DNA of 64,000 bases from Nitrospirota bacterium (lineage in GTDB: Bacteria; Nitrospirota; Thermodesulfovibrionia; Thermodesulfovibrionales; UBA1546): the NCBI GenBank assembly GCA_016195565.1, contig JACPZK010000032.1:26851-90850 (forward strand), in the 5' to 3' direction. The translations under genes were made by a program, and so were the position numbers. Positions 37,684 to 46,904 of the stretch are shown piece by piece. Numbering within the stretch: the stretch's first letter is position 1; the number at the start of each line of letters is the position of its first letter. The notes below the pieces were generated by a model. The model searched no databases and was not told the origin of the DNA. It saw only the letters and a program-made list of their open reading frames with translations.

Positions 37684-39315
37684 CGGGTGAAAAAAATTGA
37701 TTTATTGATAAAGAACGGCACTATTTTTGACGGCACAGGCGCAGAGCTTTTTGAGGCGGATATCGGGATTGCCAGAGATAAGATAGCGTTTATAGATAAG
37801 AATTCAAAATTCAAAATTCAAAATTCAAAAAAGTTTATAGACGCTAAAGGTCTTGCAGTTGCTCCGGGCTTTATTGATACGCATGCGCATTCTGAGTTTA
37901 CCCTTCTTGCAGACCCTCGCGCAGAAGGAAAACTGCTTCAGGGCATAACCACAGAGATAAACGGAAACTGCGGGCTTTCTGCGGCCCCGCTTTACGGAGA
38001 GGCATTTGAACACCGCGAAAAAGACCTCGCTGAACTCGGAATAAAAGAGCGGTGGTCAACCTTTGAGGAATATTTCAGGATTCTTGAAGGCAGGGGGATT
38101 GCTTTAAACTTTGTCACGCTTGCAGGACACGGAAATATCAGAGCATCCGTTATCGGCTATAAAGATACGAAACCAACCGCTTCTGAATTAAAGAAGATGC
38201 AGGCTCTATCGCAGAAGGCAATTGACGCCGGAGCAATAGGACTTTCAACAGGCCTGATTTATCCGCCGGGAATCTATTCTGATACTGAAGAGCTGATTGA
38301 ATTATGCAAATACTTAAACGGGAATTCAAAATTCAAAAATCAAAATTCAAAATTCATTTACACCTCTCACATGAGGAGCGAAGGCAAGGGGCTTATAGAA
38401 TCAATAAAGGAAATAATCCGCATCGGAAAAGAGGCAAATATCAAAGTTCACATATCGCATATTAAAACAAGCGGGAAAGAAAACTGGCATAAGATAGATG
38501 AGGCAATATCTCTGATAAACAGCGCCAGAAAAAGAGGCCTTAAAGTTACGTGCGACAGGTATCCTTACACAGCATCAAGCACAGACCTTGATACGATACT
38601 GCCGTCATGGACTTATGAAGGCGGCGCAGAAGAGGAATTAAGACGTTTAAAGAGTCCGTCAGTTCTGGAAAAGATAAAAAAAGAGATACTGCATGGGCAT
38701 CCGGATAATGATTATTGGAAAAAAGTCAGCATGTCTTCTGTAGCATCACAAAAAAATAAATGGATGGAAGGCAAAACCCTGTCTTATATTTCAAGAAAAA
38801 TTAATAAAAGTCCGGTTGATGCGCTCTTTAAAATTCTAATTGAGGAAAGGCTGAGGGCCGGCGCAATATTTTCATCTATGAACGAGGACAATCTTAAGAG
38901 ATTCCTTTCTTTGCCTTATGCAATGATTGGCTCTGACAGTTCTGCAAGAAGCAGGACAGGATTAACCTGTAAAGGCAAGCCGCATCCAAGAGGTTTTGGA
39001 AGTTTTCCGAGATTCCTCGGCAGATACGTGAGGGATAATAAGCTAATGAGTATGACAAGCGCTGTTCATAAGATAACAATGCTTCCTGCCAAGACGTTTG
39101 GAATAAATGGGAGGGGAGTTCTGAAAAAAGGCGCATTTGCGGATATCGTTGTCTTTGATCCTGAGAGGATAATTGACAGGGCTACTTTTGATAAACCGTT
39201 TCTGAAGCCCGGAGGAATTTACTATGTGATTGTGAATGGTTTGACCGAGGTGGCGAAAGGCGAAATTACCGGCGCCACAGCGGGGAAAATCTTGAGGAGT
39301 CAGAGCTTTCGCTGA
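37684..39315 (+). CDS. N-acyl-D-amino-acid deacylase (D-aminoacylase), amidohydrolase superfamily
   Basis: GTG start 5 nt after GGAGG. Motifs IKNGTIFDGTG, APGFIDTHAHSEF, TTEINGNCG, GLSTGLIYPPG, HISHIK and VVFDP. Two heptamer-repeat insertions are present. Confidence 0.8.
   Translation, partial: RVKKIDLLIKNGTIFDGTGAELFEADIGIARDKIAFIDKNSKFKIQNSKKFIDAKGLAVAPGFIDTHAHSEFTLLADPRAEGKLLQGITTEINGNCGLSAAPLYGEAFEHREKDLAELGIKERWSTFEEYFRILEGRGIALNFVTLAGHGNIRASVIGYKDTKPTASELKKMQALSQKAIDAGAIGLSTGLIYPPGIYSDTEELIELCKYLNGNSKFKNQNSKFIYTSHMRSEGKGLIESIKEIIRIGKEANIKVHISHIKTSGKENWHKIDEAISLINSARKRGLKVTCDRYPYTASSTDLDTILPSWTYEGGAEEELRRLKSPSVLEKIKKEILHGHPDNDYWKKVSMSSVASQKNKWMEGKTLSYISRKINKSPVDALFKILIEERLRAGAIFSSMNEDNLKRFLSLPYAMIGSDSSARSRTGLTCKGKPHPRGFGSFPRFLGRYVRDNKLMSMTSAVHKITMLPAKTFGINGRGVLKKGAFADIVVFDPERIIDRATFDKPFLKPGGIYYVIVNGLTEVAKGEITGATAGKILRSQSFR
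37801..37830 (+). repeat. tandem heptanucleotide repeat (AATTCAA)x4.3 in frame in the D-aminoacylase CDS
   Basis: AATTCAAAATTCAAAATTCAAAATTCAAAA; translated as NSKFKIQNSK. Confidence 0.9.
38323..38356 (+). repeat. second (AATTCAA)-type heptamer repeat in the D-aminoacylase CDS
   Basis: AATTCAAAATTCAAAAATCAAAATTCAAAATTCA; translated as NSKFKNQNSKF. Confidence 0.9.
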
Positions 39316-39328
39316 AAAAGTTGTATCG

Positions 39329-39358
39329 TTGACAAAGATTGCAGCTAAACAATATACT
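39329..39358 (+). promoter_or_regulatory. sigma70-type promoter candidate for trxA
   Basis: TTGACA (39329-39334), an 18-nt spacer, then TATACT (39353-39358), 35 nt upstream of the ATG. GGGAGG RBS in between. Confidence 0.5.
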
Positions 39359-39392
39359 TAATAAATTATTGAGAGTTTAAGGGAGGCTTATA

Positions 39393-39725
39393 ATGGGTGA
39401 AGGCATAGTTGAACTCACGACTTCTACATGGGATAAAGAGGTGCTTCAGAGCCATGAAGTGGTTATGGTTGATTTCTGGGCAGTATGGTGCGGGCCTTGC
39501 AAAATGATTGCGCCCACAGTTGAAGAGCTGGCTAAGGAGTACGCCGGAAAGGTAAAAGTCGCAAAGCTGAATACAGATGAAAACCCTGATATTGCAAGCA
39601 GGTATAAAATAATGGGAATTCCGACAATCATGTTCTTTAAGAACGGCGAGAGAGTAGACCATGTTGTAGGGGCAGTGCCTAAAACACAGCTTAAATCCAA
39701 GATAGATTCTTTGCTCAGCGCTTAG
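39393..39725 (+). CDS. trxA: thioredoxin
   Basis: 110 aa; VMVDFWAVWCGPCKMIAP and GIPTIMFFKNGE. Confidence 0.9.
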   Translation: MGEGIVELTTSTWDKEVLQSHEVVMVDFWAVWCGPCKMIAPTVEELAKEYAGKVKVAKLNTDENPDIASRYKIMGIPTIMFFKNGERVDHVVGAVPKTQLKSKIDSLLSA

Positions 39726-39775
39726 TCCCGAGCTGCGCGGGACGGAAAAATCTGATTCATAGAGGAACAAATCAA

Positions 39776-40288
39776 GTGAAAAGCATTTTTGCGGTTATTG
39801 TTATTGCATTTCTGGTGTTTTCTCCGGCAGCATGCAAGAAAAAAGAAGCCGGGGTTGAGGCAATGCCTCCGTCCATAGGGGATATAGCGCCTGACTTTAC
39901 ATCAAAGGATGTGAATGGAAATACGGTAAAGCTCTCTGATTATAAGGACAGGGTTATTCTGATTGAATTCTGGGCTACATGGTGTGCCCCATGCAGAGAA
40001 CTTACTCCTGTGCTTAATAAGATTTATGAAAAGTATAAGGATAAGGGATTTGTAGTGCTTGCGCTAACACCTGAAGAAAATACAGATACAGTAAAATCCT
40101 ATGCGAAGGGATATGGGATAACATATCCCGTGCTTATTACTGATATGAAAACAACAAGACGCTATGGCGTAATCAGTATTCCTGCGAGTTTTTTGATAAA
40201 CAGAGAAGGCGGGGTTGCAGAAAAGCATTTGGGCGTAACCCGGGATATTGCGCAAGAGCTTTCATCCGGGATAGAAAAACTTCTTTAA
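39776..40288 (+). CDS. TlpA/ResA-like thiol:disulfide oxidoreductase lipoprotein
   Basis: A lipobox-like FSPAAC, then VILIEFWATWCAPC (redoxin CxxC). Confidence 0.8.
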   Translation: MKSIFAVIVIAFLVFSPAACKKKEAGVEAMPPSIGDIAPDFTSKDVNGNTVKLSDYKDRVILIEFWATWCAPCRELTPVLNKIYEKYKDKGFVVLALTPEENTDTVKSYAKGYGITYPVLITDMKTTRRYGVISIPASFLINREGGVAEKHLGVTRDIAQELSSGIEKLL

Positions 40289-40292
40289 AGCC

Positions 40293-41612
40293 ATGTTTGA
40301 CTCACTTACCGAAAAACTCGAATCAATATTCAGGAAACTCAAGGGCAGGGGGCTTCTTAAAGAGGAAGATGTTGACGCCGCATTAAAAGAAGTCCGTCTC
40401 GCGCTTCTTGAGGCTGATGTAAATTTCAAGGTTGTAAAAGATTTTATTCTTAAAGTTAAAGAGAAGGCAGTCGGCAAAGAAGTTCTTGAAAGTCTTACTC
40501 CCGGGCAGCAGGTCATAAAAATTGTGAATGAGGAACTCTGCGCTCTTTTGGGAGGGACTAACACCCGAATACAGCTTTCTCCAAATCCGCCTACAGTTAT
40601 TATGATGGTGGGACTTCATGGTTCGGGAAAGACTACAACTTCGGCAAAACTTGCAAGTTTTTTTAAAAAAGAGGGCAGAAGGCCGATGCTTGTTGCCGCT
40701 GACCTTCAGCGTCCGGCAGCAATAGACCAGCTTATAACGCTTGGTTCCCAATTAGAAACACCTGTCTTCCACTCAAGGGATATAAAAGACCCTGCGGCGC
40801 TCTGCAAAGAATCGTTAAATAAAGCTCTGCTTGAGGCAAGGGACGTATTAATACTTGACACAGCCGGCAGGCTCCACATTGATGACAGCCTCATGGCAGA
40901 ACTCAGGCGCATAAGAGATGCTGTTTTACCGAAAGAGACTATATTTGTTGCTGATGCAATGACAGGACAAGATGCCGTAAATATAGCAAAGAATTTCAAT
41001 GAGCAGATTGGCGTTGATGGGATAATACTCACAAAGATGGATGGTGATGCGAGGGGCGGCGCCGCAATCTCTATAAGGGCCATAACAGGTAAGCCGATCA
41101 AGTTTATAGGAAGCGGCGAAAAGATTGATATGCTCGAGCCGTTTTATCCTGACAGGATTGCTTCAAGAATCCTCGGGATGGGCGATGTCCTCACTTTCAT
41201 AGAGCAGGCGCAGAAGACATTTGAACAGAAAGAGGCTGCAAAACTTCAGGAGAAGATTGCATCCGAATCGTTCACCTTTGATGACCTGAAGGAACAGTTA
41301 AAGAAAATCCGCAGCATGGGCCCTCTTGAAAATATTCTGAATATGATACCCGGCGCTAATAAGATGAAGGGGCTTGCGGTAGATGACAGGGAACTTGTAA
41401 AGGTAGAGGCAGTGATAAACTCCATGACATTAGCTGAAAGAAGAAACCATAACCTTTTGAACGGCAGCAGGAGGAAAAGGATTGCGCTCGGCAGCGGAAC
41501 CACGGCAGCCGATGTCAATAAGGTAGTTAAGCAATATGTTGAGTTGAAAAAGATGATGAAGATGTTTAAAGGGGGAAAGGGATTTAAGCTGCCTAAGTTT
41601 TTGCCTTTCTGA
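40293..41612 (+). CDS. ffh: signal recognition particle protein
   Basis: MFDSLTEKL..., GLHGSGKTTT, DTAGR, TKMDGDARGG and the Met-rich M domain. Confidence 0.95.
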   Translation: MFDSLTEKLESIFRKLKGRGLLKEEDVDAALKEVRLALLEADVNFKVVKDFILKVKEKAVGKEVLESLTPGQQVIKIVNEELCALLGGTNTRIQLSPNPPTVIMMVGLHGSGKTTTSAKLASFFKKEGRRPMLVAADLQRPAAIDQLITLGSQLETPVFHSRDIKDPAALCKESLNKALLEARDVLILDTAGRLHIDDSLMAELRRIRDAVLPKETIFVADAMTGQDAVNIAKNFNEQIGVDGIILTKMDGDARGGAAISIRAITGKPIKFIGSGEKIDMLEPFYPDRIASRILGMGDVLTFIEQAQKTFEQKEAAKLQEKIASESFTFDDLKEQLKKIRSMGPLENILNMIPGANKMKGLAVDDRELVKVEAVINSMTLAERRNHNLLNGSRRKRIALGSGTTAADVNKVVKQYVELKKMMKMFKGGKGFKLPKFLPF

Positions 41613-41683
41613 TGTTGACAGTTTACACTCTTTCTGATAAGCTTAAAATCCAGTAGAGTTAATTAAAAAGGGGAGGTGAAGTT

Positions 41684-41920
41684 TTGGTAAAAATCAGGTT
41701 AAGAAGATTAGGAGCCCATAAAAAACCCTTCTACAGGGTGGTTGTAGCTGATTCGCGGACAAAAAGAGATGGGCCTTTCATAGAAATTCTTGGAACGTAT
41801 GATCCGCTCAAAGAGCCTTCTGAAATAAAGATTAATGTGGAGAAGGCAAGGCATTGGTTGCAGCGTGGAGCGCAAACTACCGATGTTACTAAAAAGCTTC
41901 TGCAAAGGGCTGGACTGTAA
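41684..41920 (+). CDS. rpsP: 30S ribosomal protein S16
   Basis: (M)[29 protein letters not shown]; TTG start after GGGGAGGTGA. Confidence 0.9.
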   Translation: MVKIRLRRLGAHKKPFYRVVVADSRTKRDGPFIEILGTYDPLKEPSEIKINVEKARHWLQRGAQTTDVTKKLLQRAGL

Positions 41921-41966
41921 TTCTACGAGTCGTGAACAGTCCTAAATTCCTATGGAGGTAGCGAGG

Positions 41967-42197
41967 ATGAAAGAATTGGTTGAGAGAATGGCTAAGGCTC
42001 TGGTTGACAAGCCGGAGGATGTTGTAGTTTCAGAGGTTGCGGGCGAGAAAACCACTGTTTTTGAACTTAGAGTTGCACAGACCGACCTCGGTAAGGTCAT
42101 AGGAAAACAGGGGAAGACAGCGCGTGCAATGAGAACAATACTCAGCGCATCAGGCACTAAAATAGGCAAGCGATGCGTTCTTGAAATATTAGAGTAA
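41967..42197 (+). CDS. KH-domain RNA-binding protein (YlqC/UPF0109 family)
   Basis: [23 protein letters not shown]...[16 protein letters not shown]. It sits in the conserved position after rpsP. Confidence 0.8.
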   Translation: MKELVERMAKALVDKPEDVVVSEVAGEKTTVFELRVAQTDLGKVIGKQGKTARAMRTILSASGTKIGKRCVLEILE

Positions 42198-42237
42198 GCT
42201 ATAAAAAAGAAATCTACAGGCTGTGAAAAATGACACA

Positions 42238-42272
42238 AAGAGAGGGGATATGCCCTCTCTTTTTATTTTTTT
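42238..42272 (+). terminator. rho-independent terminator after the rpsP-KH operon
   Basis: AAAGAGAGGG-GATATG-CCCTCTCTTT stem-loop followed by TTATTTTTTT. Confidence 0.8.
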
Positions 42273-42324
42273 CAGCTGAAAAACTTTATGGTAAAACGTC
42301 GAAAAGAATACAGCCCGACAGCTC

Positions 42325-44511
42325 ATGGTAAATAAACAAACTCTCCTTTCATTTTTCAGAGAAAAAACAAAAAAGCCTCTTAGTTTTAAGGATATGGTTA
42401 ATCTCATGGGATTAAGCCGTTCCGAAGCCCACGCATTAAAAAAGGTGCTCAGACGAATGCTTCAGGACGGCGATATCGTGCTCACGAGAAAAGGCCTTTA
42501 TGTCCCTGTAAGTGATGTTGATCTGACGACAGGTTATTTTGAGGCGCACAAGGAGGGTTACGGTTTTGTAATTACGGAAAAGCCGGGAGAACGTGATATA
42601 TTCATACCTGCGCGAGCAACCTCCGGAGCAATGGACAATGACAGGGTTGTTGCGAGGATTGAGAACCGGCAAAAGCGGGACGGAACAATAATAAGGATAC
42701 TTGAAAGGGCTCACGTCAAAGTAGCAGGCAGGCTTGAAATCGAAAATGCCGTATCTTATGTGAGGCCCAAAAACAAATCCATTGCATTTGACCTTTATGT
42801 CTCGCCTAATGACAGGGGCAGCGCAAGGAATGGCGATACTGTTGTTGCTGAGATTCTTACGTATCCTGCAGACAGAAAGCCTCCTTCGGGAAGAATTGTA
42901 AAAGTAATAGAAAAGCCAGAAGACCCTGCATCCGAGGTTGAGGCTATCATAGATGAATTCAGTATACCGAGGAGATTTCCGAGGGATGTTGCCGAAGAGG
43001 CAAAGAGAATTTGGCGTATCTCTACTGTCATTCCGAGCGAAGCGAAGGAATCTCGTTTGAGATTGCTTCGCCCCGACTTTATCGGGACTCGCAATGACAA
43101 TGTGCAGATGCCTTACGACATCGCTGAAGAGAAAAGAAAAGATTTAAGAGAGCTTCCTACGGTAACAATTGACGGTGAACGCGCAAAGGATTTTGATGAC
43201 GCAGTTTCCATTAAACTTACAGAACACGGTTATAAGCTCTGGGTGCATATAGCTGATGTCGGATATTATGTTCCATGGGATTCGGATATTGACCTTGAGG
43301 CCAGGAAGAGAGGCACAAGCACATATTTCCCGGACAGGGTGATTCCAATGCTACCGAATGAACTGTCCGAGGATCTGTGCAGCCTGAGGCCTGAGGTGGA
43401 AAGGCTTGCATTCACGGCAGAGATGGACTTTGGCAGGCATGGCGAAAAACTCAATGCAAAATTTTATCCGAGCCTGATAAAGAGCAACGAGAGGATGACC
43501 TATACATCTGTAAGAAAGATTCTTATTGATAATGACAAACACGAGCGCAAAAGATATGACTACCTTTTAAGTGATTTTGAACTTATGGCTGAACTCTGCG
43601 GCGTCCTGAGAAAAAAACGGCTTGACAGGGGAAGCCTTGATTTCGACCTTCCGGAGCCTGAAGTCCTGCTTGATATGCAGGGCCGGCCGGAGGCAATAGT
43701 AAAGGCTGAGAGAAATTTTGCGCATATAATTATTGAAGAGTTTATGGTTGCGGCAAATGAGGCTGTTGCGGAATATCTTACGGAACTCGAAACTCCGACC
43801 CTTTACAGGATACACGAAGAGCCGGACACGCAAAAGATGGAAGGGATTCTAAGATATGTAAAACCTTTGCGCGGCAAGGTACATGGCGCTCGTTACGAGC
43901 CGAAAAACTTCTCTGCGCTGCTCAGAGAAGTAAAAGGCCGGCCGGAGGAAGAAATGGTGAATTATATGGTGTTGAGAAGCCTTAAGCAGGCAAGGTATTC
44001 TCCCTTGAACGCCGGGCATTTCGGCCTTGCGTCAGGACATTATACACATTTCACATCTCCGATAAGGCGCTATCCGGACCTCGTGGTACACAGGATATTA
44101 CGAGAAGTTTTGCATAAGAAGCGCATATCAGAAAGAAGAAAGCAGGAACTGGAGACAATGCTGCCTGATATTGCATTCAACTCTTCAAGGACGGAGCGCC
44201 TTTCCGGCGAGGCTGAGAATGCGGTTCTTAATGCTATGAGAGTGTGGTTTATGAAAGATAAGGTAGGAGATGAGTTTGAAGGAAGGGTTGTCAATGTCAC
44301 GCCTTACGGACTGAAGATTAGGCTAAAGGATTTTTATGTTGAAGGTTTTCTCCATGTCTCATATATGACGGATGATTTTTACGAATTCAACGAGCGCACT
44401 ATGACCCTGTTTGGCAAAAATAAGAAACGCTCCTTCACGATAGGAAAGGAATTAAAAGTGAAGGTTGACAGGGTAGATATGGAAGAGAGGGCGATAATCT
44501 TCGGGGTATAG
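42325..44511 (+). CDS. rnr: ribonuclease R
   Basis: 728 aa. N-terminal HTH/CSD region, RNB domain (TIDGERAKDFDDA, YFPDRVIPMLP, HFGLA...YTHFTSPIRRYPDL) and a C-terminal S1 domain. Confidence 0.9.
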   Translation: MVNKQTLLSFFREKTKKPLSFKDMVNLMGLSRSEAHALKKVLRRMLQDGDIVLTRKGLYVPVSDVDLTTGYFEAHKEGYGFVITEKPGERDIFIPARATSGAMDNDRVVARIENRQKRDGTIIRILERAHVKVAGRLEIENAVSYVRPKNKSIAFDLYVSPNDRGSARNGDTVVAEILTYPADRKPPSGRIVKVIEKPEDPASEVEAIIDEFSIPRRFPRDVAEEAKRIWRISTVIPSEAKESRLRLLRPDFIGTRNDNVQMPYDIAEEKRKDLRELPTVTIDGERAKDFDDAVSIKLTEHGYKLWVHIADVGYYVPWDSDIDLEARKRGTSTYFPDRVIPMLPNELSEDLCSLRPEVERLAFTAEMDFGRHGEKLNAKFYPSLIKSNERMTYTSVRKILIDNDKHERKRYDYLLSDFELMAELCGVLRKKRLDRGSLDFDLPEPEVLLDMQGRPEAIVKAERNFAHIIIEEFMVAANEAVAEYLTELETPTLYRIHEEPDTQKMEGILRYVKPLRGKVHGARYEPKNFSALLREVKGRPEEEMVNYMVLRSLKQARYSPLNAGHFGLASGHYTHFTSPIRRYPDLVVHRILREVLHKKRISERRKQELETMLPDIAFNSSRTERLSGEAENAVLNAMRVWFMKDKVGDEFEGRVVNVTPYGLKIRLKDFYVEGFLHVSYMTDDFYEFNERTMTLFGKNKKRSFTIGKELKVKVDRVDMEERAIIFGV
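43026..43099. repeat. MITE-like palindrome (GTCATT...AATGACA family) inserted in frame in rnr
   Basis: TGTCATTCCGAGCGAAGCGAAGGAATCTC-GTT-TGAGATTGCTTCGCCCCGACTTTATCGGGACTCGCAATGACA. Translated as TVIPSEAKESRLRLLRPDFIGTRNDN, just upstream of the RNB domain. Confidence 0.75.
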
Positions 44512-44590
44512 ATTATATGAAAGAGTTTATTTTCACACTTGATAAACATTTTGAGCAGATACCGGAAGTGAAGATTTACCGTTGAGAGGG

Positions 44591-44983
44591 TCACAGTATC
44601 TTCCGATGAATGAGCATACCAATAGCAAGAGCGATATCTGTTCCCACTAAGATGACTACTATAAGAAAGATAGCAAATCTTCCACGGAGAGCTGGCCATT
44701 TCGGAGGAGGAATCAATGGAAAAGAGTTCCCGATTTGTTCCGCGATTTCGTCACGCACTTGTTGATCACGCTTCATAACAAAGAAAATCAGCACTGTGAG
44801 CATGACGCCGAGCGCCAGAATTCCACACCAGACAAAGTAATCATACTTCCTTAGGCTATAGGTGGCACCCAGAACTGCGCCCTGCACAGCTACAATTGTC
44901 TGAACCCGACTCCACATCAAGCGATCTTGATGTAAGTAAAATGCTATCAGACTGCTATAAATTTGCTCTTTTCCGATTGACAT
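44591..44983 (-). CDS. hypothetical 3-TM membrane protein
   Basis: 130 aa with three hydrophobic helices. Its start lies 2 nt after the stop of the upstream gene. Confidence 0.45.
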   Translation of the reverse strand: MSIGKEQIYSSLIAFYLHQDRLMWSRVQTIVAVQGAVLGATYSLRKYDYFVWCGILALGVMLTVLIFFVMKRDQQVRDEIAEQIGNSFPLIPPPKWPALRGRFAIFLIVVILVGTDIALAIGMLIHRKIL

Positions 44984-44985
44984 AG

Positions 44986-45582
44986 TTATTTTATAATTTT
45001 TATAGAAAATCCAAGAAACGCCTCGTATGCCCTAAATGCTCCCCAAATGAAACACCCATAGGAGGCTATGTTCAATAGAATTGTCAGAATGTTAAACGCG
45101 TGTCCAGCTATTCTCTTCCACGGCTGTGAATGGGCATAGAACCACTGACATAGATAAGTAGCCCCTGATGCAATAGTGCTGGCCAGCACGCCCGCGACGA
45201 AGATTACCATGGTCGATGCAAAGATAGCAATTTTGTCCTGATGCTGATCCGAGAGTTTGCCGAGGAAGGCGAGTAGAGCGACAGTGGCTCCGCCGTTCAT
45301 CAAAAACGCTGTCTTAAGTGCATTCTGCCCAGTGAGGATCACTGACCGGAACATCTCTATATTCTGAGCTTGAACGGCTTCATTCTGTTTTACCCAAATT
45401 TGAAGCTCTGCCTTGTACTTTTCCATTTGTGCCGGGGCGATTTCTTCCTCAGTCGAGTTTATGACTTGATCGAGGTAGGCGATGAGATTATTGCACTTTA
45501 TCTCAGAAATGCCTTGCTCATCTCTGATAGAACGGATAGTATCTCTCATCTCAGTGGCAAATCTCTTAGTAGTCATGGTCAT
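44986..45582 (-). CDS. hypothetical protein: ~85-aa helical N-domain + 3 TM helices
   Basis: 198 aa. Soluble N-terminal helical region, then LMNGGATVALLAFLG, IFASTMVIFVAGVLASTIASG and AFNILTILLNIASYGCFIWGAF. Confidence 0.45.
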   Translation of the reverse strand: MTMTTKRFATEMRDTIRSIRDEQGISEIKCNNLIAYLDQVINSTEEEIAPAQMEKYKAELQIWVKQNEAVQAQNIEMFRSVILTGQNALKTAFLMNGGATVALLAFLGKLSDQHQDKIAIFASTMVIFVAGVLASTIASGATYLCQWFYAHSQPWKRIAGHAFNILTILLNIASYGCFIWGAFRAYEAFLGFSIKIIK

Positions 45583-45614
45583 CGCTCACACATAACATAT
45601 AATATACAAACTAG

Positions 45615-46871
45615 TTATCTATACAACCCTTCAAATTCGGAAATTGCCGCAATACCTATCTCTCCCTGTGAGCTGTCTTTTAAATTTTTCCACTTAATCA
45701 TGCCTGATTTTAATTCATCATCGCCGATTATAAAGACATAGCTTGCACCGAGTTTGTCTGCCCTTCTTAACTGGCTTTTCAAAGATGCGTTGTCATAACC
45801 AAGTTCAGCCTGAATGCCTTTAGAGCGCAGCTTTTCTGCAATCAATAATCCTTGGTCACTCGCATCCTTGCCGATAGTGGCGATAAACACCTTTGGCGCA
45901 GAGATGCAAAAATCAGAATTCAGCGCCTTAAGTATTTCAACAAGCCTTTCCATGCCGATTGCAAAGCCTATCGCAGGCGTAGCAGGCCCTCCGAACTCCT
46001 CAACAAGCCTGTCATATCTTCCTCCTGCCGCAACTGTTTTCTGGGCGCCGAGATGTCCGCTTGTTATTTCAAATGTTGTCCTTGTGTAATAATCAAGCCC
46101 CCTGACCATGTCGGAATTGATAATGTAAGAAATATTAAGGCTGTTCAGGAGAGATAGGAATTCCTCAAAATGTGATTTGCATTCTCCGCACAGATAATCC
46201 GTTATTTTCGGCGAGCCTTTTCTCAGTTCAGCGCAGGCGCTGTTTTTGCAGTCAAGGATACGCAGAGGGTTATTGCTGTACCTTCTGTTGCAGTCCGGGC
46301 AGAGGCCTGCAACCTTGCCGGAGAAAAAGCTTACGAGAGCTTTTTTATAATCAGGCCTGCATTTTTCACAGCCTATGGAATTAACCTCAAACTTAAGCTC
46401 TCTCAGCTGAAGCCTTTCAAGAAAGAGCTTTAGCATGGATATAATCTCCGCATCAAGTTTTGGCTCGGCTGCTCCGAAGGCCTCAACGCCAATCTGATAG
46501 AACTGCCTGAATCTCCCTTTCTGCGGCCTTTCATATCTGAACATAGGGCCTGAATAAAAGAACTTCTGTGGAGAGGGCAGGTTATAGAGATGGTTTTCTA
46601 TGTAACTCCTCACAACAGGCGCTGTGCCCTCAGGCCTCAGCGTGATGCTCCTGTCAGCCCTGTCAGGAAACGTATACATCTCTTTTTCAACAATGTCTGT
46701 GGTCTCTCCGATGCTTCTTACAAATATATCCGTTGACTCTATTATCGGGACGCGGATCTCCTGAAATCCGTACGCTGAAAATATTTCCTTTGCTGTTGAT
46801 TCAGCCTTCTGCCAGATATATATGTCAGGCGGGAGTATGTCATGGACGCCCTTCAGGGCGCTGTATTTCAT
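45615..46871 (-). CDS. hisS: histidine--tRNA ligase
   Basis: GVHDILP, RPEGTAPVVR, FRYERPQKGRFRQFYQ and GGRYD motifs. Confidence 0.95.
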   Translation of the reverse strand: MKYSALKGVHDILPPDIYIWQKAESTAKEIFSAYGFQEIRVPIIESTDIFVRSIGETTDIVEKEMYTFPDRADRSITLRPEGTAPVVRSYIENHLYNLPSPQKFFYSGPMFRYERPQKGRFRQFYQIGVEAFGAAEPKLDAEIISMLKLFLERLQLRELKFEVNSIGCEKCRPDYKKALVSFFSGKVAGLCPDCNRRYSNNPLRILDCKNSACAELRKGSPKITDYLCGECKSHFEEFLSLLNSLNISYIINSDMVRGLDYYTRTTFEITSGHLGAQKTVAAGGRYDRLVEEFGGPATPAIGFAIGMERLVEILKALNSDFCISAPKVFIATIGKDASDQGLLIAEKLRSKGIQAELGYDNASLKSQLRRADKLGASYVFIIGDDELKSGMIKWKNLKDSSQGEIGIAAISEFEGLYR

Positions 46872-46904
46872 TTTCTTTTCCTCATTGCGCTGCTTTTATG
46901 CTTC

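Noticed and set aside
37801-38356. Heptamer arrays considered as a possible CRISPR array or mini-array
   Set aside because: The units are 7 nt, directly tandem with no spacers, and lie inside ORFs. No cas genes are present in the window.
39366-39770. 134-aa minus-strand ORF
   Set aside because: It is antisense to an unmistakable thioredoxin gene (WCGPC).
41615-41643. TTGACA-17-TAAGCT as a promoter for rpsP
   Set aside because: The -35 box is perfect, but the -10 box matches only 3 of 6 positions. That is too weak to list as a feature without mapping data.
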